Positions 49,539 to 60,343 are shown, numbered from the stretch's first letter. The stretch: 64,000 nt of DNA from Bacillota bacterium (GCA_023411225.1 JAEYPA010000081.1:2229-66228), one strand, 5' to 3'. Notes: a model not told the origin generated them from the sequence alone. Program-made: numbers and translations.

Positions 49539-50630
49539 TTACGCCCCCCTTCTCTTTTTTAATAACAATAGACTGATACTGCTACATACCAATATAATAA
49601 CAAGTAAAATACCTATGCAAGCAATGGTATAATCGCTTTTCCCTTTTGTGACATATTCCACTAACGTTCGATTTAGATAGTATTGTGGTGAGAACATTTC
49701 CATACCCTTGCTAAACGTATTATAGAAATATGGCTGAAAGCTACCTCCCAGAAAGCTAAAAATAAATAACAGAGTAAAATCTAGTGAAAGCACTACCGCT
49801 GTACTACGAAATAGCTGATAAAGCAAAATACTTAAGCTACTAACCGCTACTGACTGTAATAACAGTATTCCCGCGGATTTGTAAAAGACATTCCCCCAGT
49901 CTATATCCAGAAATACAACAGAAAGAACGATTGCGGAACCCATTTGAATACATAGTGCAGCTACTCCTGCCAACAGCTTTCCAAGATAAAAACGTTGGGA
50001 GCTTAGAGTACTGATATCATACCGTTTCTGTACCTTATGACGATTCTCACTGATATAAATAGCTGCAATAGAGATAATCCCAAACCACATGAAATATAGA
50101 ACTTCTACAATTCCATAGTAAGTTTTGGCATTAGGAACAGGATCTATCTCAATATTCTGAATCTGTAATGTGTTCATATTCTCCTCAGGTAAAGTAATAT
50201 GATTAGCCTTGGCCACTACGTATTGTTTATACTCCGTAGAAAAAGCAACCAACAGGTTATCTAAGATTATTCCGCAGCCTACCGTATCCTTTCCTTGATA
50301 CAGTTCATAATTATCTTCTTTAAATTCCACATAGGTGTCCAGATTTCCATCTTTCACATCCTGTATACCTGTTTCTTTCTTCACGCTAGATAAGGTAATT
50401 CCATTCTCTTCACACATCTTTTGAAACTGAGGTAACATGGACTTCATAAAGCTATTTTCTTTACAGGTATACCCAGAACGAAAGGACTCTAACTTCTTAT
50501 TTGTTTCCAAAAAATTATTAAAACTGTCCGCTAGCAAAGCAATAATTGTAATGGTAAGCAGAATCAGTATAAAAAACAGAACTCTACTACGGTATATTAA
50601 CTTAAAGTTGTTTTTTAAAAAATACCACAT
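49539..50630 (-). CDS. ABC-2 type exporter permease
   Basis: Same architecture; YLGK, FLGGSF, SPQYY; start placed at MWYF. Confidence 0.83.
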   Translation of the reverse strand: MWYFLKNNFKLIYRSRVLFFILILLTITIIALLADSFNNFLETNKKLESFRSGYTCKENSFMKSMLPQFQKMCEENGITLSSVKKETGIQDVKDGNLDTYVEFKEDNYELYQGKDTVGCGIILDNLLVAFSTEYKQYVVAKANHITLPEENMNTLQIQNIEIDPVPNAKTYYGIVEVLYFMWFGIISIAAIYISENRHKVQKRYDISTLSSQRFYLGKLLAGVAALCIQMGSAIVLSVVFLDIDWGNVFYKSAGILLLQSVAVSSLSILLYQLFRSTAVVLSLDFTLLFIFSFLGGSFQPYFYNTFSKGMEMFSPQYYLNRTLVEYVTKGKSDYTIACIGILLVIILVCSSISLLLLKKRRGA

Positions 50631-50631
50631 A

Positions 50632-51402
50632 CTAATTCTCCCCTTCTCCATAATCTCTTAAGGATTTTCCTGTTAAAGTCAAAAATACCTCTTCTAATGT
50701 CATATTTTGATTCTCATCTGTTTTCACCATATCCACCAGTTCTTTTTTTGTTCCAATCGCAATAATCTTACCATTATCCATAATGCCAATTCTAGTACAA
50801 AGTGCCTCAATCTCTTCCATATAGTGGCTCGTGTATAAAATAGTTGCCCCTTCTCTACTCATTTTTCGAATCATTTCCAAAATAAAGTTACGAGACTGAG
50901 GATCAATTCCGACTGTTGGTTCATCAAAGATTAATAACTCTGGATGATGAGCAAGGGCACAGGCAATATTTAGTCTTCTCTTCATTCCTCCTGAAAAAGT
51001 CTTGGCAAAATTGTTTCTATGCTCCTCCAGTTCCACATAACTTAAGGATTCCTCTATTCTATTCTTTAACTCCTGTCTCTTTAGCCCATAGAGTGAAGCA
51101 AAGAGCTCTACATTCTCCCAGGCTTTTAGATTTTCATGAATAGCTAACTCCTGAGGTACATAACCAATCCTACCATTAATCTCTCTTCGGTTTTTATTCG
51201 GATCCATACCAAATAACTCCATACTGCCACTGGTTGGCTTAATTAAAGAGCTTAGCATATTTAAAGTGGTACTCTTTCCGGCTCCATTTGGCCCTAATAA
51301 ACCAAATATTTCTCCCTGCTTAATGTCTAATGATATATAATCTACTGCAACTTTTTTGTCGTATTTTTTTGTTAGTCCTTTCATTGAAATCACATTTTCC
51401 AT
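50632..51402 (-). CDS. ABC exporter ATP-binding protein (YfiL/LnrL-like)
   Basis: GPNGAGKST, FSGGMKRRLN, FDEPTVGIDPQSRN, YTSHYMEE. Confidence 0.93.
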   Translation of the reverse strand: MENVISMKGLTKKYDKKVAVDYISLDIKQGEIFGLLGPNGAGKSTTLNMLSSLIKPTSGSMELFGMDPNKNRREINGRIGYVPQELAIHENLKAWENVELFASLYGLKRQELKNRIEESLSYVELEEHRNNFAKTFSGGMKRRLNIACALAHHPELLIFDEPTVGIDPQSRNFILEMIRKMSREGATILYTSHYMEEIEALCTRIGIMDNGKIIAIGTKKELVDMVKTDENQNMTLEEVFLTLTGKSLRDYGEGEN

Positions 51403-51470
51403 ACTCTTACCTCCGTACTAATTTCGTTATAACAATATCATACAAATAATTTGTACGGTGAAAAAGTGCA

Positions 51471-51516
51471 AAAAGAAAGGAATTGACTATGACTTTAGTC
51501 ATAATCAATTCCTTTT
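51471..51516. terminator. long inverted repeat: terminator of the upstream permease gene and possible regulator site
   Basis: AAAGGAATTGACTATGAC-ttta-GTCATAATCAATTCCTTT. Confidence 0.65.
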
Positions 51517-51528
51517 AAAGACTATTTA

Positions 51529-54294
51529 CTATAGAATATCTTCCTTTAAGCCATCTATAATAGTTTCTTTGCGAACCTTTCTGCTAGAATATGCCATGGC
51601 AAGCCCTACGACAGCAAAGACTACCACTATGGCAATCACAAAAATATTAATTGGAAGAGCAAACCCTACGGAAATCTGAGGGGATACTGCTTTATATATA
51701 CCATACGCAATCAAAACACTTACAGGTATGCCATATAGTAAGGCTTTGATACCATAAAGAAGACTTTCATACATAATCATTCGTCTAAATACTCCAGGTG
51801 TCATTCCTACGGAACGGAGCATGGAGAATTCCTTACGACGAAGGGCAATACTGGTGGAGATAGTATTGCACATATTGGCGCAACAAATCAAAGACATCAA
51901 AATTATAAAACCATAGGCAAAGATAGACATTGCAAGTACCAACTGCCTATTTATCTTCTCAATTTCAAACATATTATAGCAATTAAAATCGTGCTCTGCA
52001 TATTCATGTTTGGTCATAACCGCTTCAACATCCTTACCAATCTGCTCCTTATCATTGGCCAACAAAAATAACTTTGGGCGTGGAAGATCATCTTCTTTTA
52101 CATTAAGCTTTTGTAAAATAGTCTGAAATGTTTTTTCCGGTACTACAAGTTTTACAGGTGCGTCAGGCGTAGAACCATAGCCCATGATTCCAAGTGGTAT
52201 TTCTTTTGTTATTTTCCCTACGTTTATTGAGATAGTTTGGGTATCAGCACCATCCTCAGAAAGATATTGTAAGGAGATATTCTCACCCTCTTTGAGCTTA
52301 AATGGAACCATGTCTTGAATGGTATAATCAGTTTTTAACCGATAGTAATTTATAAGGATTCCCTGTACCGAATCTGTTTTTCCATAACCTTTAGGATCAA
52401 TTCCTAACGTAGTACAATATTCCTGAAAAGCAATTTCATCCATTCCAACAATTTCAAAACTAGGTTCATAAGCAATCCTAAAATTATTCTTTACATAATC
52501 AGAGAAATCCTTTCTGATGATATCTGTCTTCTGCTTATCCGATAGGGTAAAGGACGTATCGGTAACCAATGAAGCCTGCTTCACAGAAGAATAATCTCTA
52601 AGTTCTTTGGTTATATCGCCAAAATCATCTTGGCTAATATCCCCACTCTCAATGTATACATCAAAGTTAGACTCACCTTTTCCTATATAGAATGCTTGCG
52701 ACATATAGTGAATATAGGAAGCTACACTAATAAACAGTACTACACTGATAAATAAGGAGAAAATCAAGGAACGATAACGTTTTTTATTCCTCTTCATATT
52801 CTTTAAGGCAATCTCTCCCTCTAATCCAAATATCTTCTTTGTCAGTTTAGAAGTTTTCACTGATTTGGCAGTAATCTTCACATCCTTGCTTTGCCTGATT
52901 GCTTCCATTGGAGTAATCTTTGAAGCTCTTCTGGCAGGTAGATAAGCCGAGATAAATATAGTAACAATAGCAAATCCAATCGGTATTACGATGCTTTTTA
53001 CAGAACAAAACATAGATAGCTTCACTGAGGTTTCTATAATGTCTGAAAATATTGGATTGACTGCCATAAAAGCAACACCAAGGCCTAAGATTCCTGCTAA
53101 AACTCCTAACGGTATCCCGATGACTCCTAGAAGGATGGCCTCAAATAGAACGGAATTTCTCTTTTGTTTTTTTGTTGCTCCCACACTGGATAACATACCA
53201 AGCTGTTTGCTTCTTTCTGAAATAGAGATAGCAAAGGAATTATAGATGAGAGAAATAGAGCCTACCATAATAATAACATTTAGGATTCCCGTCAAAAGCT
53301 TAATAAAGAAATTAAAATTGTCATCCTTAGTAACACCACTATAAAACAGCACTTCTTGATTTATTGTTACACTATCCTCTGCCATTTCATCCGTTTTAGA
53401 ACTATCAATTTCTAGCTTTTTCGCCATTTCCTTACTTTTATCATAGATGGCAGTTGTAACATTACTTTCATATGTATACGCATCAATCTTATCATTTTTA
53501 TCTAACGTAGCTATCTTTAAGTAAGTCATAGCAGTATATCCCGGAGCCTGAGTAAACTCCTGCATAAACCCCGGTTTTTTTATGATACCTACGATGGTAT
53601 ATTCCTTTTTATCCCCCGTCGTCTCAAATTTTTCCCCTACTTCTATGGTATGTTTTGATCCTTCTCCTATATCAAAGCTCTTCTTTTTACCAAGATATTC
53701 AATCCTCTGATTCAGTTCAACCTTTTCCCCTATCTCGGGAAACATATTTAATTCTTCCAAGTCTTCTTTGGAAGCATCGGAAACAAGAAATCTCTTTCCC
53801 ATATTTAAGGTTATGGTATCTCCTATCTTATATGGTGTATTCATGGTTTCTAACAAATGTTCCGGAAGAACTATTTCATTGTCTTTCTCAGGGAATCGTC
53901 CACTTAACAATTTAACAGGCATATTTAAAAAAGCATTCTGATCATAAGAAGATAGATAGACATAGGGCTTGGCATTATCCTTTTCCTTCTCCTTTAATTG
54001 GTTATCATAACCTTCTAAGATTCCATAACCATTGGTATAAATCAGCGAAAGTGTATCGATATCCTCATCCTGTTGAAGTAACGTTATATTTTTCGTAGGA
54101 ACACCGTTATAACTCACCTGCCACTTTCCCGTGGCCTCCATCGTCAGGTTTTCCATCCATTTGAGGCAGGACGTAACACCTGTTGAGACTGCAGTAAACA
54201 TAGCCACAGAAAGAATGATACCAACAATCGTAAGAATAGTTCTTCTTTTATTTTGTTTAATATGTTGCAGGGTAAGTTTATTCATTATATTCAT
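51529..54294 (-). CDS. large FtsX/MacB-like ABC permease
   Basis: Two FtsX domains (ERSKQLGMLSSVGAT; RRKEFSMLRSVGMT) with large extracellular loops. Confidence 0.9.
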   Translation of the reverse strand: MNIMNKLTLQHIKQNKRRTILTIVGIILSVAMFTAVSTGVTSCLKWMENLTMEATGKWQVSYNGVPTKNITLLQQDEDIDTLSLIYTNGYGILEGYDNQLKEKEKDNAKPYVYLSSYDQNAFLNMPVKLLSGRFPEKDNEIVLPEHLLETMNTPYKIGDTITLNMGKRFLVSDASKEDLEELNMFPEIGEKVELNQRIEYLGKKKSFDIGEGSKHTIEVGEKFETTGDKKEYTIVGIIKKPGFMQEFTQAPGYTAMTYLKIATLDKNDKIDAYTYESNVTTAIYDKSKEMAKKLEIDSSKTDEMAEDSVTINQEVLFYSGVTKDDNFNFFIKLLTGILNVIIMVGSISLIYNSFAISISERSKQLGMLSSVGATKKQKRNSVLFEAILLGVIGIPLGVLAGILGLGVAFMAVNPIFSDIIETSVKLSMFCSVKSIVIPIGFAIVTIFISAYLPARRASKITPMEAIRQSKDVKITAKSVKTSKLTKKIFGLEGEIALKNMKRNKKRYRSLIFSLFISVVLFISVASYIHYMSQAFYIGKGESNFDVYIESGDISQDDFGDITKELRDYSSVKQASLVTDTSFTLSDKQKTDIIRKDFSDYVKNNFRIAYEPSFEIVGMDEIAFQEYCTTLGIDPKGYGKTDSVQGILINYYRLKTDYTIQDMVPFKLKEGENISLQYLSEDGADTQTISINVGKITKEIPLGIMGYGSTPDAPVKLVVPEKTFQTILQKLNVKEDDLPRPKLFLLANDKEQIGKDVEAVMTKHEYAEHDFNCYNMFEIEKINRQLVLAMSIFAYGFIILMSLICCANMCNTISTSIALRRKEFSMLRSVGMTPGVFRRMIMYESLLYGIKALLYGIPVSVLIAYGIYKAVSPQISVGFALPINIFVIAIVVVFAVVGLAMAYSSRKVRKETIIDGLKEDIL

Positions 54295-54295
54295 A

Positions 54296-54997
54296 TTATC
54301 TTACCCCCATTCCCCTTGTCCGAATAACCTCGTCACGGGCTATCTTCCCATCTTCAATCGATATAACACGATTCGCCTGAAGGGCAATGCTTTCATCATG
54401 GGTAATCACAATTAGTGTCTGGTGATATAATTGATTACTGACCTTTAAAAGTTCTAAAATCTCTACCCCTGTCTTACGGTCCAGATTCCCGGTTGGCTCA
54501 TCTGCCAGAACAATGGCTGGATTGGTAATCATAGCACGACCTATGGAGACTCTCTGTTGTTGCCCACCAGACAATTGATTAGGTAAATGACCTTTACGGT
54601 CCTCTAAACCTAAGGTACCAATTACCTTTTGAAAGTATTCTTTGTCAACCTTACGGTTATCCAGTAATAAAGGAAGCGTAATATTCTCCTCAACATTTAA
54701 TACAGGAAGTAGATTATAAAACTGATAGATTAAACCTATCTGTCTCCTTCGAAATATAGCTAGATTCGTTTCATTCAGACTATAAATATCTGTATTGTCA
54801 ATAAATACCTTCCCACTTGTTGGTTTATCTACCCCACCAATAAGATGAAGCAGGGTAGATTTGCCGGATCCTGATGGTCCGATAATTGCTACAAATTCAC
54901 CTTTATCCACTGTAAACGATACATCATCTAAAGCTTTTACCTGAGTTTCCCCAGAACCATAGATCTTCGATAAATGTTCTACTTTTAAGATTTCCAT
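54296..54997 (-). CDS. LolD/MacB-like ABC ATP-binding protein
   Basis: GPSGSGKST, LSGGQQQR, LADEPTGNLD. Confidence 0.94.
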   Translation of the reverse strand: MEILKVEHLSKIYGSGETQVKALDDVSFTVDKGEFVAIIGPSGSGKSTLLHLIGGVDKPTSGKVFIDNTDIYSLNETNLAIFRRRQIGLIYQFYNLLPVLNVEENITLPLLLDNRKVDKEYFQKVIGTLGLEDRKGHLPNQLSGGQQQRVSIGRAMITNPAIVLADEPTGNLDRKTGVEILELLKVSNQLYHQTLIVITHDESIALQANRVISIEDGKIARDEVIRTRGMGVR

Positions 54998-55042
54998 AAT
55001 ACCCTCCTAATTTATCTTTTGATCTTATTGTACAGCTGGTAA

Positions 55043-55081
55043 GTGACTGATAGGTGACATGTATTGTGACAGTATTGTCAC
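55043..55081. promoter_or_regulatory. candidate response-regulator site upstream of the ABC operon
   Basis: GTGAC at 55043, 55054, 55066 and inverted repeat GTGACA-gtat-TGTCAC (55066-55081). Confidence 0.5.
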
Positions 55082-56064
55082 ACATAGAATTTGATTATAA
55101 ATATGGTTCCCTGTCCTGGCTTACTTGTCACTTCAAGTGTTGCCTTCTGCCGGTTTAGTATACTTTTAGATAGAGCAAGTCCAATTCCTACACTCTCTGA
55201 ACTTGCATTTTTCCCTTTATAAAAACGTTCAAAAATATGAGGTAAATCTTCTGAATCAATTCCTTCCCCATTGTCCTGAATGACAATACTCGTATACAAA
55301 TTATTCTGTCCATAGGAAATGGTGATCTGACCACCCACTGATGTATGCTCTATACAGTTTTTTACAATATTACTAATGGCTTCTGTACTCCAAAGAATGT
55401 CCCCAGTAAACGTGACCTCATTACTTCCTTTTGTCACCAGAGTCTGATTTTTTATTTCCAGTGGAATCAATAACGGTTGCAAAGCGTTATTAAGTAGCTT
55501 CTCTACTTGCACTGTCTCCTGTTTCAAAAGCACCGCATCCGCATCTAACTTGGATAGCTTAAGAAGGGAAAGCACTAGCCACTGCATACGTTCTAGCCCA
55601 CTCTGAATGTTATGTAAAAATTCCTTCTGCTTCTCCCTTGGAAGTTCATCTTCTGTTAATAAATCAGCCATAACCATCATAGATGTTAACGGTGTCTTTA
55701 ATTGGTGTGAGATATCCGAAATAGAGTCTGCCAGATACATTTTGTCTCTTTTTAAGAGTTCCGCTTGATTAAGCAATTTTAAGGCTAATTTGTAAACCTC
55801 ATTTTTTAGAATACTAAGTTCACCTTCCCGGTTATCCCTTATGTCCAGACTCTCAATTCCATGCTGTATCTTATCCACATATACTGTTAAGGTATTAATC
55901 TCCCGATATCTTCTTGCCGTATAAATCACGCTGATAGTTATTTGTATGACTCCTGCCACCAAAAGCCAAATCCATGTTGCCTGCCAGCAATAGCCCATAA
56001 TACAGCTTATAATAACTGCTACTTGCAATACAATTTGCCAAATAAATTCTCTATTCTTCATCAT
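55078..56064 (-). CDS. sensor histidine kinase
   Basis: DISHQLKTPL, NIVKNCIEH, IFERFYKG, GIGLAL; start placed at MMKNREF. Confidence 0.9.
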   Translation of the reverse strand: MMKNREFIWQIVLQVAVIISCIMGYCWQATWIWLLVAGVIQITISVIYTARRYREINTLTVYVDKIQHGIESLDIRDNREGELSILKNEVYKLALKLLNQAELLKRDKMYLADSISDISHQLKTPLTSMMVMADLLTEDELPREKQKEFLHNIQSGLERMQWLVLSLLKLSKLDADAVLLKQETVQVEKLLNNALQPLLIPLEIKNQTLVTKGSNEVTFTGDILWSTEAISNIVKNCIEHTSVGGQITISYGQNNLYTSIVIQDNGEGIDSEDLPHIFERFYKGKNASSESVGIGLALSKSILNRQKATLEVTSKPGQGTIFIIKFYV

Positions 56065-56068
56065 TCCA

Positions 56069-56749
56069 TCAATCCTTTTCCATAATGTAACCCAATCCAC
56101 GGACGGTCTTAATAAGGATAGGATTGGCTGCATCCAATTCCAGCTTTTCTCTTAACCTTTTTATGTATACAGTCAGAGTATTGTCATTTACAAATTCTCC
56201 TGATACATCCCAGATTCCTTCCAATAACTGATTTCTACTTAAGACACGGGCCCTATTGTTGACAAAGGTAAGGAGTAGCCGGTATTCCATGGCAGTCAGC
56301 AACACTTCTTCTCTCTCCTTATAGACCTTTGCTTCCTTTAGATTAATTGTTATATGGTGTATATGGATAGTGTCTTGAGAACCAGAATCCTTATGATATC
56401 TTCGTAGGACCGACTTAATCCTAGAAATCAATTCCCTGATACGAAATGGTTTTGTAATATAGTCGTCTGCCCCCATATCCAGTCCCATTACTGTATTGAC
56501 TTCATTATCAACTGCTGTTAAAAAGATTACCGGGGTGTCCCCTTTCTCCTTTACTTTTTTACATACATCGTAGCCGGAGCCATCTGGAAGACATAAATCT
56601 AATAAGCAGATATCATAATTATCATGCTGTATTAAATCCATAGCTTCAGAACATCGATTGGATACCATTACATCATATCCTTCCTGTTTTAAAGAGTACT
56701 CTAGCCCAGATGCAATAATGTTATCATCCTCTACTACCAAGACTTTCAT
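56069..56749 (-). CDS. OmpR family response regulator
   Basis: VVEDD, LLDLCLPDG, GADDYITKPF, NTLTVYIKRLREK. Confidence 0.94.
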   Translation of the reverse strand: MKVLVVEDDNIIASGLEYSLKQEGYDVMVSNRCSEAMDLIQHDNYDICLLDLCLPDGSGYDVCKKVKEKGDTPVIFLTAVDNEVNTVMGLDMGADDYITKPFRIRELISRIKSVLRRYHKDSGSQDTIHIHHITINLKEAKVYKEREEVLLTAMEYRLLLTFVNNRARVLSRNQLLEGIWDVSGEFVNDNTLTVYIKRLREKLELDAANPILIKTVRGLGYIMEKD

Positions 56750-56925
56750 GGAACCCCTCCTTCTGTTGAGCTATTATCTAATTTTTATTATGGCATGTAT
56801 TGTTACATATTTCAATTATCTTCATAATATGTCAATAAGGTGTATTGTTACTATCTGTTATCTTTAGGGGATAGAAGTATTGGGAAATGACGATACCTCG
56901 ACAGGAAAGTCTTAATACTACGACA

Positions 56926-56960
56926 AAAAGCCTTTACTCCTCTATTAAGGGAGTAAAGGC
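56926..56960 (-). terminator. intrinsic terminator
   Basis: AAAAAGCCTTTACTCC...GGAGTAAAGGCT. Confidence 0.7.
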
Positions 56961-57024
56961 TCCTTGCCTCCCCAAATGTTATTTCACCAAAGGGAGAATG
57001 TCATATACCTATAGAAAAGCCAAT

Positions 57025-57327
57025 TTATTTTTCTTCTGGCCCTTTTGTTTCGTTTTCTGTCTCTTCCATATCTTTCTCTTCTGCCTCTATTACGTTTGGG
57101 TTCTCTTCTTCTTTTTTCATCTTATAAGTTCTGTAAATTCCAAATATCGTAAGCGAGACTCCAATAATAGCAAATAGAATTGCAAATAGAATAGAAAGTA
57201 TCTTTACGGCACCTTCTGCTTTTGAGATGCCCCCCACCAGTTGATAGGCCAGATACACCAGATATAACCCTGCTATGGAGTACATTGCCATTCTTGCTTT
57301 TTGCATATTAGTTACTTCTCCTTCCAC
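57025..57327 (-). CDS. small two-TM membrane protein
   Basis: Two hydrophobic helices and an acidic tail; flanked by terminators; start may be at MQKAR. Confidence 0.65.
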   Translation of the reverse strand: MEGEVTNMQKARMAMYSIAGLYLVYLAYQLVGGISKAEGAVKILSILFAILFAIIGVSLTIFGIYRTYKMKKEEENPNVIEAEEKDMEETENETKGPEEK

Positions 57328-57434
57328 ACTGCATTGTGTATCTATTATATACGGATTGTCTTCATTTTTAAACCCTATTTTAGATAATTTACGACTATTT
57401 TATCTTATTTATAACTCTATCTTTGACGAATTTA

Positions 57435-57466
57435 AAAAAAGCATGGATTCACTCCATGCTTATTTT
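57435..57466 (-). terminator. terminator after galT
   Basis: AAAAAAAGCATGGA-ttcac-TCCATGCTT. Confidence 0.7.
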
Positions 57467-57473
57467 TAAATTC

Positions 57474-58976
57474 TTATTCATTAATTGCTGTAATAAATCT
57501 ATGAAAACCTTCCATTCCAGCTTCATCTCTCTTGTATACACCAGCATCCTCCAATACCTTTGCAAACACCTTGCCGATTTCATCCTGTAGAATAGCTGTA
57601 AGGTTACTCTCATTTACATTATTATACTGTGGAAGGAATTTATTCACCCAGTCTGCATGCTTTGATATATCTTTAATTCCAGCAATATCTTTTCCATCTA
57701 GAATGGCTTTCTTTAACTGTTCCATCTCATTCTTTAGTCTAGATGGCAAAACCGCAAGTCCCATTACTTCTATAAGCCCAATGTTCTCCTTCTTAATATG
57801 GTGAAGATTACTATGAGGATGAAATACACCGAGAGGATGCTCATCCGTAGTAATGTTATTACGAAGAACCAAATCTATCTCATAATTATCTCCTGATTTT
57901 CTGGCTATTGGTGTAATAGTATTATGAAGAGTTTCTCCTGTTTTTGCAAAAATGAAACACGACTCATCTGAATACCCTCTCCATATGCTGAGAATTCTAG
58001 TACTTAGAGCAATTAATCTGCCCACATCAGGAGAACTTAGTCGAATCACGGACAATGGCCATTTTACAATACCGGCTTTGACCTCCTCATACCCTTTAAC
58101 ATGAAATTCCTTCTCAATAGGTGCTTTCTCCATGGGAAAATGATAATTTCCTCCTTGAAAATGCTCATGGGTTAAGATGGAACCTCCTACAATCGGAATA
58201 TCTGCATTGGAACCTATCGTATAATGAGGGAACTGTTTTACAAAATCAAATAGCTTTATAAAAGTGGTATTATCAATAACCATTGGAATATGTTTGGAAT
58301 TGAATACAATACAATGCTCATTATAATAAACATATGGAGAATATTGAAGATACCACTCCTCTTCATTTAAGGTAACAGGAATGATTCTATGATTATTTCT
58401 AGCTGGATGATTCAGGTTTCCTGCATATCCCTCGTTCTCCTTACAAAGAAGGCATTTTGGATAACTACTCTGTGTCATAAGTCTGGCCGCTGCAATAGCT
58501 TTTGGGTCCTTCTCTGGTTTAGATAGGTTTATGGTAATGTCTATATCTCCATAGGCTGTGGCACTTTTCCATTTCAAATCCTGACATATTCGGTATCGTC
58601 TGATATAGTCACTGTCCATACTGAGTTTATAGTAATAATCGGTTGCCGCTTTAGGAGATTCTTGATATTTCTCATAGAATTTTCTCTGAATAACAGAGGG
58701 ACGACTTATTAAGGTTCCCATAATCTTGGTATCGAATAAATCTCGATAGGTGGTAGTATTGTCATCTATTAATTTATTTTCAAATGCATAATCTAACATT
58801 TTCGATAGGATATCCTCCAAATCCTCCACTGAAGTCTTAGGGATATCTTCTTGTGTATAACTGTCTATATTAAAAAGTTCCAGCAAACGGTTTGTTATAT
58901 AAAAAGAATCTGCCTCTTCTATTAATCCTGTTTGAATTCCATATTGTACTAATCTGCTAATCTGCTTGTCTATCAT
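57474..58976 (-). CDS. galT: UDP-glucose--hexose-1-phosphate uridylyltransferase (Firmicute type)
   Basis: TINLSKPEKDPK, YPKCLLC, QYSPYVYYNEH, GSILTHEHFQGG, HIKKENIGLIEVMG. Confidence 0.95.
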   Translation of the reverse strand: MIDKQISRLVQYGIQTGLIEEADSFYITNRLLELFNIDSYTQEDIPKTSVEDLEDILSKMLDYAFENKLIDDNTTTYRDLFDTKIMGTLISRPSVIQRKFYEKYQESPKAATDYYYKLSMDSDYIRRYRICQDLKWKSATAYGDIDITINLSKPEKDPKAIAAARLMTQSSYPKCLLCKENEGYAGNLNHPARNNHRIIPVTLNEEEWYLQYSPYVYYNEHCIVFNSKHIPMVIDNTTFIKLFDFVKQFPHYTIGSNADIPIVGGSILTHEHFQGGNYHFPMEKAPIEKEFHVKGYEEVKAGIVKWPLSVIRLSSPDVGRLIALSTRILSIWRGYSDESCFIFAKTGETLHNTITPIARKSGDNYEIDLVLRNNITTDEHPLGVFHPHSNLHHIKKENIGLIEVMGLAVLPSRLKNEMEQLKKAILDGKDIAGIKDISKHADWVNKFLPQYNNVNESNLTAILQDEIGKVFAKVLEDAGVYKRDEAGMEGFHRFITAINE

Positions 58977-59012
58977 AATGTCATCCTTTCTTCATCAGTA
59001 GTGTACCATAGC

Positions 59013-60296
59013 TTATTCAATTACTTTACAACCACCATATTTTCTAACCTTAAGTACAATACAAGAATCTTTACCAAATACTTTCTCAATAAAATGTTTA
59101 TACTCATATACCACGTCATTTTTAATAAAACATTGAATGGTACCTGCAAACCCCCCTCCATGAATTCTGCATACCCCATTATCTCCCAAAAACTCTTCGC
59201 TTAATGCAAGGGCTACTGACACATTCTGATGCTCTATGTCCCTGTTTGTATAGACGTTCTGAAGATACTTAAAGGAAGAATTGCCGGATTGACGGATAAC
59301 TTCCAAAAACTCTTCAAATCGATCTTCCTGTAACGCATTAACGGCTGACTGCACATGTTTTTCTTCCTTATAAAAATGAAGGGTACGAAGCACAGCTCGA
59401 TCATCTAAATGGGTTCTAATTTCTGGTATCTTCTGTATAAAGTCCGCTTCCTCTACCTCACGTAATACCTGACAGCCCATATATTCTGCCACAGACTTCA
59501 TTTCTTCAGGAATCATCCCATAATCCCTGGTTAAGTCTACATGGGAACCCTTAGTGTCCACAATACAAAGGCTGTAATTATATTGTTCAAAATCAATCTC
59601 TATCTTATTCACTATTGGATTATCAAGCTCCTTAAAATCAATGTGAATTAAGCTTCCTACGGAGCAAGCCATCTGATCCATAAGGCCGCAAGGCTTTCCA
59701 AAATATACATTTTCTGCATACTGGGCAACCTGTGCTATCTTCACAGGACTAATCAACATATCGTTAAATAGGCCGGATATTACAGTTCCTATTAGGACTT
59801 CAAAAGCAGCAGAGGAAGAAAGACCCGCTCCAATCAGCACATCACTAGTGGTATAAAGATTAAAACCCTCCACTCTATATCCTGCTTCCTTTAAAGCAAA
59901 TAAAACACCTTTCACAAGGCTAATAGAGGTTTCTTTTTCCTCTTCCCTATATGCAAGGTCTTCAATATTTACCTCAAATAACTCATAGTTCTTAGACTTT
60001 ATCCGTACAATTTGTTCCTGATTCTTACTTACAATCGCAATTGAATCAAGATTAATGGAAGTCGCTAAAACCATGCCATGCTGATGGTCCGTATGATTGC
60101 CACAGACTTCGCTTCGTCCTGGAGTACTATAGACTTCTAACATATCCTCGCCAAAATACTTTTCATACTCTTCCACTGCTTCTATATAACGTGCCCTCTG
60201 GTATTCTAGTAAATGACTGTCTACATAAATACTCTGTAGCTGTGCATCATAAGCTTTACCTTCTAATTTCTCTACTAAATCCTTTGAATATATCAT
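59013..60296 (-). CDS. galK: galactokinase
   Basis: PGRSEVCGNHTDH, GAGLSSSAA, CGLMDQ, HGGGFAG. Confidence 0.92.
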   Translation of the reverse strand: MIYSKDLVEKLEGKAYDAQLQSIYVDSHLLEYQRARYIEAVEEYEKYFGEDMLEVYSTPGRSEVCGNHTDHQHGMVLATSINLDSIAIVSKNQEQIVRIKSKNYELFEVNIEDLAYREEEKETSISLVKGVLFALKEAGYRVEGFNLYTTSDVLIGAGLSSSAAFEVLIGTVISGLFNDMLISPVKIAQVAQYAENVYFGKPCGLMDQMACSVGSLIHIDFKELDNPIVNKIEIDFEQYNYSLCIVDTKGSHVDLTRDYGMIPEEMKSVAEYMGCQVLREVEEADFIQKIPEIRTHLDDRAVLRTLHFYKEEKHVQSAVNALQEDRFEEFLEVIRQSGNSSFKYLQNVYTNRDIEHQNVSVALALSEEFLGDNGVCRIHGGGFAGTIQCFIKNDVVYEYKHFIEKVFGKDSCIVLKVRKYGGCKVIE

Positions 60297-60343
60297 TTTA
60301 CGCCTCCTGTATACGGTATAATTTAAGTAAAGTATAATTCTTG

